From Halobacteriota archaeon (GTDB taxonomy: Archaea; Halobacteriota; Halobacteria; Halobacteriales; Halobacteriaceae), in the NCBI GenBank assembly GCA_051744605.1, contig JBNJDE010000001.1:1580-65579 (forward strand): a DNA stretch of 64,000 nucleotides, in the 5' to 3' direction. The notes under the pieces are model-generated. The model was not told the origin of the DNA and did not search any database. It saw only the letters and a list, made by a program, of their open reading frames with translations. Position numbers and translations under genes: made by a program. The first letter of the stretch is position 1. Each line of letters begins with the position of its first letter. Below, in pieces: positions 36,213 through 45,505 of this stretch.

Positions 36213-37159
36213 CAGACTGGGATGGTGTCTTCGGCTTCGAGGAGTTCGTGGTACCGGTTCCGGATGGTGACCTCGGAGATGTCGGCGACGTCGCTGACCT
36301 TCGCCTGCGTGGTCTTCTCGTTCGTGAGGAGCGCCGCGGCGTAGACGGCGGCCGCGGCGAGGCCGACCGGGCTCTTGCCGCTGTGGACGCCCTTCTGCTT
36401 GGCGTTTTCGAGGAGTTCGCGGGCCCGGTGCTGGGACTCGTCGCTCAGCCCGAGTTCGGAGGCGAAGCGCGGAACGTAGCTCGCGGGATCGGCGGGCCTG
36501 ACCTCGAGACCGAGTTCGCGGACGATGTAGCGGTAGGTGCGCGCGATCTCGTCCTTCTCGACGCGGCTGACGTCGTCGATCTCGTCGAGGCTGCGCGGGA
36601 CTCCGGCCTGGCGGGCGGCGGCGTAGACACAGGAGGTGGCGACACCCTCGATGGACCGGCCCGGGAGGAGGTCCTCCTCGAGCGCACGCCGGTAGATGAC
36701 GGAGGCCGTCTCGCGGACGTTGTCCGGGAGACCGGTCGCGGAGGCCATCCGGTCGATCTCGCCGAGTGCCTGCTTCAGATTGCGTTCCTTGGCGTCTCGC
36801 GTGCGGAACCGCTCGTTCCACTTGCGCAGGCGCTGCATCTTCTGGCGCTGTCGGGACCCGAGGGAGTTCCCATAGGCGTCCTTATCGCGCCAGTCGATGT
36901 TGGTCGAGAGGCCCTTGTCGTGCATGGTGTTCGTGGTGGGCGCGCCGACGCGCGATTTCTTGTCCTTCTCCTGGGAGTCGAAGGCCCGCCACTCGGGGCC
37001 GCGGTCGATTCCGTCCTCCTCGACCACGAGGCCACAGTCGGCACAGACCGTCTCGCCGTGCTCCTCGTCGGTTACCACGAGGCCGCCACACTCCGGGCAG
37101 CCGTCGGTCGATTCTTTCTCCTGCTCGTCTCGTTCGGTTGTTCTCAGTGCGTGGGACAT
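36212..37159 (-). CDS. tfb: Transcription initiation factor IIB
   Basis: Zn ribbon CPECG … CADCG, GPEWRAF, cyclin repeats with GRSIE and GKSPVGLAAAA. Confidence 0.96.
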   Translation of the reverse strand: MSHALRTTERDEQEKESTDGCPECGGLVVTDEEHGETVCADCGLVVEEDGIDRGPEWRAFDSQEKDKKSRVGAPTTNTMHDKGLSTNIDWRDKDAYGNSLGSRQRQKMQRLRKWNERFRTRDAKERNLKQALGEIDRMASATGLPDNVRETASVIYRRALEEDLLPGRSIEGVATSCVYAAARQAGVPRSLDEIDDVSRVEKDEIARTYRYIVRELGLEVRPADPASYVPRFASELGLSDESQHRARELLENAKQKGVHSGKSPVGLAAAAVYAAALLTNEKTTQAKVSDVADISEVTIRNRYHELLEAEDTIPV

Positions 37160-37167
37160 GCGAACCC

Positions 37168-37185
37168 TCCGGGAGGACTCCCGGA
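37168..37185 (-). promoter_or_regulatory. Perfect 8-bp hairpin in the putative tfb 5' leader
   Basis: TCCGGGAG-GA-CTCCCGGA, ending 8 nt before the ATG. TATA-like CTATAAG on the minus strand at 37218-37224. Confidence 0.45.
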
Positions 37186-37409
37186 CAATCGTGAACGCCT
37201 GGTTTGGACAAAAGTGACTTATAGCTTCCGCTCTATCCTACCTGGGAGACTGGTTACCGTGGTACAACTGTCACCACACCGGGTGGCGATTTCTCGCCGC
37301 GGTACCGTCCGGTCGCCGTCGGAACGAAGACCGATCGATCGATTGATACGATGGCGCTGCGGGTGCGCGTCGCGAAACACTCAATGGATTCGGCGACCCC
37401 CGTTCGGGT

Positions 37410-37925
37410 ATGCGGGTCGCAGTCGGGAGCGAGAATCCGGTGAAGCGGGCGGCGACCGAGCGAGCATTGGCCGACGTGGCGACCGCCGTCGAGAGCGTGG
37501 CGGTCGAGTCCGGCGTGGCCGAACAGCCCTGGGGGGAAGCGGAGACCATCGAGGGCGCGAAGACCAGAGCCGAGCGGGCACGGTCGGCTGACGACTACGA
37601 CCTCGGCGTCGGTATCGAAGGTGGTGTGGCCTCGGTGGACGGGGCCGAGGGGCTGTTCTTGATCATGTGGGCTGCGGTGACCGACGGCGAGCAGGTCGGC
37701 CTCGGTGCCGGCCCGCGACTCGAACTGCCCGAAACCGTCGCGAGCAGACTCGAGGCGGGGGCGGAACTCGGGCCGGTGCTGGACGACCTTCTCGACACGA
37801 CTGGTATCAAACAGACCCAGGGTGCCGCCGGCGTCCTCACCGACCGGATCATCACCCGGGAGGACGCCCTCTTCCAAGCGGTCGCCGGTGGATTCGGTCC
37901 GTTCGTCTCCGGGCACTACGACTGA
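37410..37925 (+). CDS. yjjX: Inosine/xanthosine triphosphatase (YjjX/DUF84 family)
   Basis: VGSENPVK, SGVAEQP, ET..GA..RA, GIEGG, GAAGVLT…ITR. Confidence 0.9.
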   Translation: MRVAVGSENPVKRAATERALADVATAVESVAVESGVAEQPWGEAETIEGAKTRAERARSADDYDLGVGIEGGVASVDGAEGLFLIMWAAVTDGEQVGLGAGPRLELPETVASRLEAGAELGPVLDDLLDTTGIKQTQGAAGVLTDRIITREDALFQAVAGGFGPFVSGHYD

Positions 37926-37934
37926 CGGCGGTAC

Positions 37935-39782
37935 TCACTCGTCGGCCGACGGCTTGGCGGCCTTCCCGTCTGGAGTAACGTCTCCCGTTCCGTCGACGGC
38001 TTCGGTGAGCGAGACGTTCAACGCGATCATCGAGACGGCGCCACCCAGGACCGTGACGACGTTCTTCACCGCGTGGTCGACGATGGCCGCAGCGAGGGCG
38101 ATGGCCGGGCCGACCGGGGTGAGCGCGACCACGAGTACCGTGAACGCCGCCTCGTAGAGGCCGATACCGCCCGGCGAGAGTGGGAGGACCTTCGCGAGGT
38201 TCCCGACGCTGACCGCGAAGAAGCCGACGGCCAGAAGCGTTGCCAGCGGCAGGTCGACGCCGAACGCGCCGAACACGACGAGGGCCGTCAGCACGTCGAT
38301 GGCCCAGATGGCGAGGCTGGCCACGCCGACCCGCCCGAATGCCCGGCGGTCGGCCGCGACGGTCTGCACGTCGCCGACGAAACGCTCGAGGATGGTGGCG
38401 ACGTACTCCACGTAGGAGTCGTCGCTGGCCCACTCGATGAACGGTCGGATGCGGTTTTTCTCCGAGCGGGCGGAGACGACGATGGCGACCACGGCACCGA
38501 TGGCCAGCGTTCCCACCCCGAGGGCGACGGCGATGGCAGTCCGCGCGCTCTCTCGCTGGGCGGCCGACACGTCGCCCCCGCCAACCAGCGTGGCAGTGAG
38601 GGTCGCCAGGTCGGCCGGCGAGAACACGGCGAGTCCGACCAGGACGCTCCCGGCGAGCAGCGTTATCGTGAGCAGATCGAAGACCCGCTCGACGGCCAAC
38701 GAGGCGAATCCAGACGCGTACGGTACACTCCGTCGGGCCTTGACCACGTACGCTCGGACGGCGTCGCCGGCCCTGGCTGGGAACACCAGGTTACCCGTCT
38801 GGCTGATGAAGATGGCCCCGGTCAAAAAGCCGGTCCGCTCGTCGAAACCGAGTTCCCGCAGGATGTCGCGATAGCGGCGACCCCGCAGTGGCCAGGAGGT
38901 GAGATAGATGGCGGCCGCGATCGCTACCAGGACCGGATCCGCCCCCGCCATGGCCGCAAGTACCGAACTCGGGTCCAGATAGAGGAACATCAACGCGACG
39001 GCCATCACCGAGAGGCCGATCCCCACGAGCATCCCGGTCCGTCGGTTGGCGTACGGGGCCACTCTGAATTCCCAGCCGACACGCAGTACCTGCGTTCCCA
39101 TCCCGAAGACGTCTCGCACCAGGTCCACCTTGGAGTCCCCCTTGGGGGTCCACTCGACCGGGAACTCCTTTACCCGGTACCCCCGACGCTGGGCCTTGAC
39201 GAGCATCTCCGTGTCCCAGAACCAGTGCTCGTCCTGGACCGCTGGCTGGAGGTCTTCGAACGCCTCGCGACTGAAGGCTTTGAATCCGGCCTGGTGGTCC
39301 CGGAGGTCGGAGTCGAGGACCGTGCGGACGAGGAGGTTGAATCCTCGCGATGGGATGCCACGTTTGGCCGGTCTGTCGGCCTCTTCGCCGGGGATCCACC
39401 GCGACCCGGTCGCGAGGTCCCACTCCCCCGATCGGACGCTCTCGACCAATTCTTCGAGGTGGGACATGTCCGTCGCGAGGTCGGTGTCGTAGTAGACGAG
39501 CGTGTCGCCGTCGGCGGCGGCGAACGCCCGTTCGAGGGCCCCACCACGACCGAGGCGTTCGTCGCTGTGGAAGTGGCTTACCCGGTCGTCCTCGGCGGCC
39601 AGACGGTCGGCGATAGCGGGTGTTCGGTCGTCACAGCCGTCCTCGGCAACGATGACCTCGTACGTTCCGGCGGGGAGGAAGGAGTCGAGCGTCGAGAGGG
39701 ACACGGCGATGGTCTCCTCGATCGTCGACTCCTCGTTGTACGCCGGCAATACGACACTCACCTCGACGGACCGGTCGGGCAT
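37935..39782 (-). CDS. aglD: GT2 glycosyltransferase fused to a flippase-like (lysylphosphatidylglycerol synthase TM) domain; AglD-like
   Basis: VVLPAYNE, AEDGCDDRT, YYDTDLATD, WFWDTE, followed by FPARAGDAVR, ERVFD and PGGIGLYE membrane domain. Confidence 0.85.
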   Translation of the reverse strand: MPDRSVEVSVVLPAYNEESTIEETIAVSLSTLDSFLPAGTYEVIVAEDGCDDRTPAIADRLAAEDDRVSHFHSDERLGRGGALERAFAAADGDTLVYYDTDLATDMSHLEELVESVRSGEWDLATGSRWIPGEEADRPAKRGIPSRGFNLLVRTVLDSDLRDHQAGFKAFSREAFEDLQPAVQDEHWFWDTEMLVKAQRRGYRVKEFPVEWTPKGDSKVDLVRDVFGMGTQVLRVGWEFRVAPYANRRTGMLVGIGLSVMAVALMFLYLDPSSVLAAMAGADPVLVAIAAAIYLTSWPLRGRRYRDILRELGFDERTGFLTGAIFISQTGNLVFPARAGDAVRAYVVKARRSVPYASGFASLAVERVFDLLTITLLAGSVLVGLAVFSPADLATLTATLVGGGDVSAAQRESARTAIAVALGVGTLAIGAVVAIVVSARSEKNRIRPFIEWASDDSYVEYVATILERFVGDVQTVAADRRAFGRVGVASLAIWAIDVLTALVVFGAFGVDLPLATLLAVGFFAVSVGNLAKVLPLSPGGIGLYEAAFTVLVVALTPVGPAIALAAAIVDHAVKNVVTVLGGAVSMIALNVSLTEAVDGTGDVTPDGKAAKPSADE

Positions 39783-39886
39783 TAGTACGAACATCTACCA
39801 TGCCCGTCTAAGAACCTTCTGAACCCAGGGCCAAATGACACAGAATCTGGTTCGTATTCGTCCAAAAACTGAACGGTGCTGGGCCG

Positions 39887-42595
39887 TCAGCTCGTGTCTG
39901 CGACGGTCGTTCCGGTCGGGACAGCCCCCGACCCGTCGGTGCGACGACGGTTGCGGAGCGTGAGGGCGACCAGTATGGCCATACCGATGGCTCGAACCGG
40001 GAACGTGATGGCGAAGCCGGTCAGCGAGACGGAGACGACGAGACCGGCCAGTTGCTGGACCGGTAGCAAGAATAGCTCGGGAACGGTGAGGAACACCGAC
40101 GAGATGGCGAAGAGCAGGCGCTCGAATCCGGTCACCTGCTCGAACTGATGGCCGATGATCGTGACGCCGAGAGCGTAGACGCCCACGAAGAGTCCGATGA
40201 CCGGGATGACGATCTCCGGTAGTAGGAAACCGACGTCCGCCAGGTCGGCGAAGGAGACCAGGGAGACGCCGGCTTCGGTGGTTTTGATCAGGAGGATACC
40301 CGGCGCGAAGATGAACGCGAACGGCACCAGGAGTTTGTTCAGCGAGAGCAGGAAGGCCGTCTTGGCCGTCTCGAATTCGTCGGCCTTGGCGACCCCGGCC
40401 CCGGCGAACGCAGCGACGGCGACGGGTGGCGTGACGTCGGCCATGAGCCCCCAGTAGAGGATGAACAGGTGTGCCGCGAGTAGTGCCACCCCGAACTCCT
40501 CGATGGCCGGGCCGAGCATCGCGATGAGGATGATGTACATGACCGTCGTCGGCATCCCCATGCCGAAGATGATGGCCGCGATACCGGTCAGGAGCAATAG
40601 CCCGAGGAGTGACTGTCCGCTGACGGAGAGGATCAACGCTGTCAAGTTGGGACCGAGTCCGGTGACGCTGATGACGCCCGGTATGACGCCGGCCGCCGCG
40701 ACGGAGACGACGACCGTCGTGGCGGTCTTCGCCCCGTCCTCCATTGACTTGAGCACGAACGCGACGACGCGGTAGGCCGGCTTCCCGGCCAGCGTCGGCC
40801 GACCGACGAACTCTGCGCCGGTCCTCGCGCTCTCGTCGACTGCGTCGTCGAGTTCGAGGAGGTCCGAACTGATCTCCGGTCGGGTCACCAACAACAGGAG
40901 CGAGACGGCGATGACCATGACTCCGAGGTCGCTCGTCGCGGCTCGAACCGCCTCACCGATGGCGAGCCCACCCTGGAGGGTGCTACCGGCCAGGGTTGTC
41001 TCCAGCAATCCCAGAATGCCCTGTCCGGTGGTCGCCAGCGTGGCGACCTGTGCGACGAAGAGAGCGAGGATCGAGCCGACGAGGACCGTCCGACTCCGTT
41101 TGGAGTACGCGGCGAGGAAGGAGACGAGCGCGATTAACGCGATGATGGTGAACCACCCGGAGCGGGCAACCGACAGTCGGACCACCACGAGGAAGTAGAG
41201 CAGTAGACCGACTGGCACCAGGTAGAACCACCCGTTCTTCAGGATCTTGCTTGGTTGGGAGAGTGACTCCTTGGGGACGCCGCCGATGTCGTGTTTGACC
41301 GCCTCCAGGTGGACCATCACCCACATCCCGAAGAAGAACGCTATCGCCGGGATGGCCGCCGCGACGATGACGGTGGCGTATGGCGTCTGGGTAAACTCTA
41401 CGATGAGGAACGCTGCGGCACCCATCACGGGTGGCAGGATCTGCCCGCCAGAGGAGGCAGAGGCCTCGACTGCGCCCGAGAAGGAGGGCGAGTATCCCGA
41501 GCGTTTCATCAGCGGAATCGTGAACGCCCCCGTCGTCACCGTGTTGGCGATGGACGACCCGGAGAGCATGCCCATGAACCCGCTGGCCACGACGCTGGAT
41601 TTCGCCGGTCCGCCACGTTGTGACCCGGTCAGCGAGTACGAGAAATCGATGAACCACTTTCCGGCGCCGCTCATCTCGAGGAAGGCACCGAAGAGGATGA
41701 AGATGTAGATGAACCGGAGGCTGACGGTGACCGGCACGCCGAAGACGCCCGCCTCGGTGTTGAACCAGAGGTCGCGGAGGATGCTCGCCCACTGAGTCGG
41801 CGGGATGGAGAGCGACCCGATGAAGGAGTCTCTCGGGATGAAGTGCCCCCAACGCGCGTAGACGATGAACAACGTCACCAGGCCAGTGAGGAGCAAGCCG
41901 AGCGCCCGCCGGGTGGCCTCTAAAACCAGCAGGACGCCGACCGCGGCGAGGATGAACGCGAACGAGACCTCGTCCAGCGGGATCCCGATGGCCGAAACGA
42001 GGGAAACGATGGGGTCCGTGATGGGCCAGACCTCCTGGAGCGGTTGGCCCGCCGTGAGTCCGCGGACCCGCATCGAGCGGACCTCGTCGAACTCGGTGAT
42101 CATGTAGAAGGGCGTCAGCATGATGAGCCCGCTGAACAGGATGTCGACCGGGGTCACGCGGTCGGCGTCGGCGTCGACGGCCGCCCAGCGAACGAAGCCG
42201 CGGAGGCGTTCGAGGACCGAGACGACGCCGCTATCGGCCCCGAACTGGGAGCGCGCCGCCGGGAGTATCTTCCCAAGTCGGCGCGCAACTGGCCCGGTCC
42301 CTTTCGAGGTCGGGAACAGGAAGAACGTCAGGACGAACGCGAAGGCGACGTGGACCGCGTTCGCCTGGAGCAACTGGAGAGAGAACAGTTCGACGGTACC
42401 GAAGAATGGCACGCCGAACTCGAACTGGAAACTCCTCGCAGCCAGCCACATCTGGAACGCCGAGAAGGTGATCCCGACGGCGGCGACGAGGACCGCGGCC
42501 CAGCCCCGTAGCGACCGCTTGCGTTCTACTTCCTGTAACAGTTCGTCGGTGTCCGGTTCTTCGTCGTCGGTCTGTTCGGGATCGGGTTCACTCAT
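39887..42595 (-). CDS. TRAP transporter fused permease (4TM/12TM)
   Basis: RGGPAK, SGSSIANTVTTG, EASASSGGQILPPVMGAAAF, GMGMPT, ADVTPPVA motifs. Confidence 0.93.
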   Translation of the reverse strand: MSEPDPEQTDDEEPDTDELLQEVERKRSLRGWAAVLVAAVGITFSAFQMWLAARSFQFEFGVPFFGTVELFSLQLLQANAVHVAFAFVLTFFLFPTSKGTGPVARRLGKILPAARSQFGADSGVVSVLERLRGFVRWAAVDADADRVTPVDILFSGLIMLTPFYMITEFDEVRSMRVRGLTAGQPLQEVWPITDPIVSLVSAIGIPLDEVSFAFILAAVGVLLVLEATRRALGLLLTGLVTLFIVYARWGHFIPRDSFIGSLSIPPTQWASILRDLWFNTEAGVFGVPVTVSLRFIYIFILFGAFLEMSGAGKWFIDFSYSLTGSQRGGPAKSSVVASGFMGMLSGSSIANTVTTGAFTIPLMKRSGYSPSFSGAVEASASSGGQILPPVMGAAAFLIVEFTQTPYATVIVAAAIPAIAFFFGMWVMVHLEAVKHDIGGVPKESLSQPSKILKNGWFYLVPVGLLLYFLVVVRLSVARSGWFTIIALIALVSFLAAYSKRSRTVLVGSILALFVAQVATLATTGQGILGLLETTLAGSTLQGGLAIGEAVRAATSDLGVMVIAVSLLLLVTRPEISSDLLELDDAVDESARTGAEFVGRPTLAGKPAYRVVAFVLKSMEDGAKTATTVVVSVAAAGVIPGVISVTGLGPNLTALILSVSGQSLLGLLLLTGIAAIIFGMGMPTTVMYIILIAMLGPAIEEFGVALLAAHLFILYWGLMADVTPPVAVAAFAGAGVAKADEFETAKTAFLLSLNKLLVPFAFIFAPGILLIKTTEAGVSLVSFADLADVGFLLPEIVIPVIGLFVGVYALGVTIIGHQFEQVTGFERLLFAISSVFLTVPELFLLPVQQLAGLVVSVSLTGFAITFPVRAIGMAILVALTLRNRRRTDGSGAVPTGTTVADTS

Positions 42596-43104
42596 GTGTT
42601 TGCTAACAACGTTCGAAGTGGTCGGTCGCGTTCGACACTTATCTGCACGGGTGTCGCGTCAGACCGTTCGACCAGGTCGTACTCCTCGTCGCCGACGACG
42701 AGCGTGTGTCCGGCGACGGTGCCCGGGACGACGTTCACCTTCTCGTAGGTGCGGTCGTCGTAGGCGATGTAGAACTCGCCCTCAGCGGTCCGTCCGTCGA
42801 TGTCCGCCCTGGCTGGGAGCCCCCAGCCGAACGAAGAGAACTCCATCCGGGTCATGCGGAGGGCCCCGTCGTCGACGACGTAGACGTCTCGAACGGTGGT
42901 CTTCTCGACACTGTGCATGTACTCGAGCGTGACCGTCGTTCCGTCGTCGACGGAGGTGACGAGGAGTTCCTCGCCGGTCTCCTGATCGGAGACGATGAGC
43001 ACCGGTGACGCGGCCGCCTGTGCAGCGGTCGCCAGGGCTACGGTGACCACGAGAACGGCGACGGCTGCGACGAGCAACCTCCTTGGCGGACGGATGGGCG
43101 TCAC
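42592..43104 (-). CDS. DUF1850-like TRAP accessory protein
   Basis: Signal/anchor helix, YMHSVEKT, FSSFGWGLP; located between the TAXI and permease genes. Confidence 0.8.
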   Translation of the reverse strand: MTPIRPPRRLLVAAVAVLVVTVALATAAQAAASPVLIVSDQETGEELLVTSVDDGTTVTLEYMHSVEKTTVRDVYVVDDGALRMTRMEFSSFGWGLPARADIDGRTAEGEFYIAYDDRTYEKVNVVPGTVAGHTLVVGDEEYDLVERSDATPVQISVERDRPLRTLLANT

Positions 43105-43210
43105 GGTATGCTAGTGGTACGTGAAACTGGTAATCGTTTCTGTTGCTATCCGCCGACCGTGCCTCGAACGCGTTTACGGAAAGAACGGTTCGAGTGGGGT
43201 GATGGGGCCG

Positions 43211-44227
43211 TTATTCGAAGTAGGCGGCCGCGCCGGGGTGGAGGTCGATGGACATGCCGTCCTGCGCGGAGTCGGCGCTGATGAAGTCCGCCTTGATGGA
43301 CAGGTCGTCGGTGTTGTCGAAGATGGCCGCCGTCACTTCCTCGACGACCTCCTCGGGGTACGCCTCGTGGGTCGCGATCATTGCCTGCACCGAGACCGTC
43401 GTCACGTCATCGTCGATGCCGTCGTAGGTCCCGCCAGGGATGGTGTCTTCGGCGAACCAGTCCGCGGAATCGAGAACGGTCTGCAACGTGTCGCCCTCGA
43501 CGGGAAGGATCTCGATGTCCGCGGTGGTGGCCAGTTCTTCGATGGCACCAACCGGCCAACCACCGACGGTGAACGTGGCGTCGACGTCGCCGTCACGGAG
43601 CTGGTCCGCAGCGGTCGAGAAACTCCCGTTCTGCTCGCTGAAGTCGTCGGTCGTCAGACCGACGGCCTCCAGAATCTGGAGGGCGTTGACCTGCGTTCCG
43701 GAGCCGAGGTCGCCGGTGTTGACACTCTTGCCTTCGAGGTCCTCGAGCGTCTCGACTTCGGCACCCGGTCGGGTGACGATGTGGATGGTCTCCGGGTAGA
43801 GCGTCGCGACGCCCATCAGGTTGGGGATGGCGGCGCCCTCGAACTCCTCGAGACCCTCGCCGTTCTTCGCGAAGTAGGCGATGTCGTTCTGGATGAGCGC
43901 GAAGTCGGCCGACTCGTTGCCGAGACTGCCGACGTTCTCGACGCTCGCCCCCGTCGACTGAACCTGGAGTGAGTGGTCCGTATTCTCCTCCACGATGGTC
44001 TTGAACTCACCGGAGAGCGGGTAGTACGTCCCACCCGTACCGCCGGCGTGCCAGGAGATGCGCTCTCCGCCGTCGCCGCCGTCGCCACCGTCTCCGCCGT
44101 CTCCGCCATCGTCACCGTCGCCACCGTCTCCGCCGTCGCCGCCGTTACCGCCACAGCCGGCGAGTGCGGTGATTCCTGCTACGCCCGTTGCCTTGATGAA
44201 CGTCCGCCGATCAGCATACTTTGCCAT
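43211..44227 (-). CDS. TAXI family TRAP solute-binding lipoprotein (Tat-exported)
   Basis: DRRTFIK twin-arginine motif, lipobox LAGC, GGTGGTYY, TGASVEN, GSGTQ, LHPGA. Confidence 0.93.
   Translation of the reverse strand: MAKYADRRTFIKATGVAGITALAGCGGNGGDGGDGGDGDDGGDGGDGGDGGDGGERISWHAGGTGGTYYPLSGEFKTIVEENTDHSLQVQSTGASVENVGSLGNESADFALIQNDIAYFAKNGEGLEEFEGAAIPNLMGVATLYPETIHIVTRPGAEVETLEDLEGKSVNTGDLGSGTQVNALQILEAVGLTTDDFSEQNGSFSTAADQLRDGDVDATFTVGGWPVGAIEELATTADIEILPVEGDTLQTVLDSADWFAEDTIPGGTYDGIDDDVTTVSVQAMIATHEAYPEEVVEEVTAAIFDNTDDLSIKADFISADSAQDGMSIDLHPGAAAYFE
44066..44153 (-). repeat. 9-bp tandem repeat encoding a (GGD)n acidic linker after the lipobox
   Basis: CCGCCGTCG/CCGCCGTCT-type units encode GGNGGDGGDGGDGDDGGDGGDGGDGGDGG. 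Confidence 0.85.
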
Positions 44228-44401
44228 ACCCAATCATTCACTAAGGTTCATATTAATCCCTTTCCCTTGAAGCCGAATCTTAATCTTTTTAGTGTATCCC
44301 TATTGATGAAACTGGTCGGCGAGGTCACGTTAATCCGTCGTACCAACACGCTTGGCCGTTACGGTCTAACGCCGTCGCCATGGTCGAAGGATCTGCACAA
44401 T

Positions 44402-44425
44402 CGCAGTACTGCGTGGGGTTAACCC
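44402..44425. promoter_or_regulatory. Two adjacent palindromes upstream of the small HTH gene
   Basis: CGCAGTACTGCG (44402-13) and GGGTTAACCC (44416-25). Confidence 0.45.
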
Positions 44426-44469
44426 ACCGTACCAAACCCACTATACGCTCGTACGCCGTCCCCTTCGAT

Positions 44470-44718
44470 ATGAGCGCGACCGCGCCACAGCAGGCCACCG
44501 CGGCGACGCTGAGCCCGAAACAGCAACGCATCCTCGAGTACCTCCGCGGGAAGGCCCAGACGAAGACCTACTTCAAGTCCAGGGTCATCGGTGACGCACT
44601 CGATCTCTCGGCGAAGGAGGTCGGAACCAACATGCCGGCCGTCTCGAACGTCGAGGGACTCGATATCGAGAAGTGGGGATATTCGTCGAGTACGACCTGG
44701 AAGGTCACGCCGGCCTGA
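44470..44718 (+). CDS. Small winged-helix protein
   Basis: LSPKQQRILEYL … YFKSRVIGDALDLSAKEVG … EKWGYSSSTTWKV. ATG at 44470. Confidence 0.75.
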   Translation: MSATAPQQATAATLSPKQQRILEYLRGKAQTKTYFKSRVIGDALDLSAKEVGTNMPAVSNVEGLDIEKWGYSSSTTWKVTPA

Positions 44719-44832
44719 ACGCCCGGAATCGACGCTTTCTCGCTCGGTATCGTTCGATCGTTCTCACTGTCTCTCGATTCTCGAGGCCGACCATTTACGG
44801 CACGGCACGCTTCGAAGCGGTCCCACAGAACG

Positions 44833-45429
44833 TCAGGGATCGTACTGGACGAGGGACGCCGCCTCCGACGCGAGGGTCGCTGCCCGGTCGTCGAACGAAT
44901 CGGCGTACCGGACGAGCAACGTCAAGAGGGTCTCGGGCCTGGCGATGCGATAGCCGTCCTCGGCTTCGAGAACACCGACGCCCTTGAGTTCCGAGGCGTA
45001 GGTACTGATCGTCGCCCGCGACACGTCGAGTCGGTCTGCGAGGTCACTGCCGGTCGTCGCAGGATTTCGGAGGAGTACGATGACCATCCCCCGGGGCGTA
45101 TCGCGACGGAGGTAGCCCAGGGCGACCTGCTCGTAATCGGAGAACCGCCCCGCCTGGAAGAACCGGCGGTAATCGCCGTCCCGATGGCTCACGATGGCGC
45201 CGTCGTCCTGCAGTCGGCGGAGGTGGTGCTGTGCCTCGCCCGTACCGAGTTTGAGGTCGTCGCGCACCTTCGAGAAGTGGGCGCCCGGGGTCGCCCCGAG
45301 ATAGCCGAGGATGGCTTCTCTGACCTCGCTGTCGTCGTCATCCCGATTCCCGACGACGGCGAGTGGACTCGCTGCCCCGACCGCGGCGAACCGTCGGAGA
45401 GTGGCCCGTTTGTCCTCGTCGATACCCAT
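44833..45429 (-). CDS. Double winged-helix transcriptional regulator
   Basis: PGAHFSKVRDDLKLGTGEAQHHLRRL and PATTGSDLADRLDVSRATISTY HTH motifs. Confidence 0.85.
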   Translation of the reverse strand: MGIDEDKRATLRRFAAVGAASPLAVVGNRDDDDSEVREAILGYLGATPGAHFSKVRDDLKLGTGEAQHHLRRLQDDGAIVSHRDGDYRRFFQAGRFSDYEQVALGYLRRDTPRGMVIVLLRNPATTGSDLADRLDVSRATISTYASELKGVGVLEAEDGYRIARPETLLTLLVRYADSFDDRAATLASEAASLVQYDP

Positions 45430-45505
45430 TCGAATCGGGGTACGTGACGGGAGGGGAAAAGTATTCGCTCGGTTCCCGCTCCGTTAGATGGCCCCTTCGT
45501 ACCGG

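Noticed and set aside
44066-44153. 9-bp tandem repeat as a possible CRISPR or VNTR system
   Set aside because: It is an in-frame (GGD)n linker typical of haloarchaeal lipoproteins, with no unique spacers and no cas genes.
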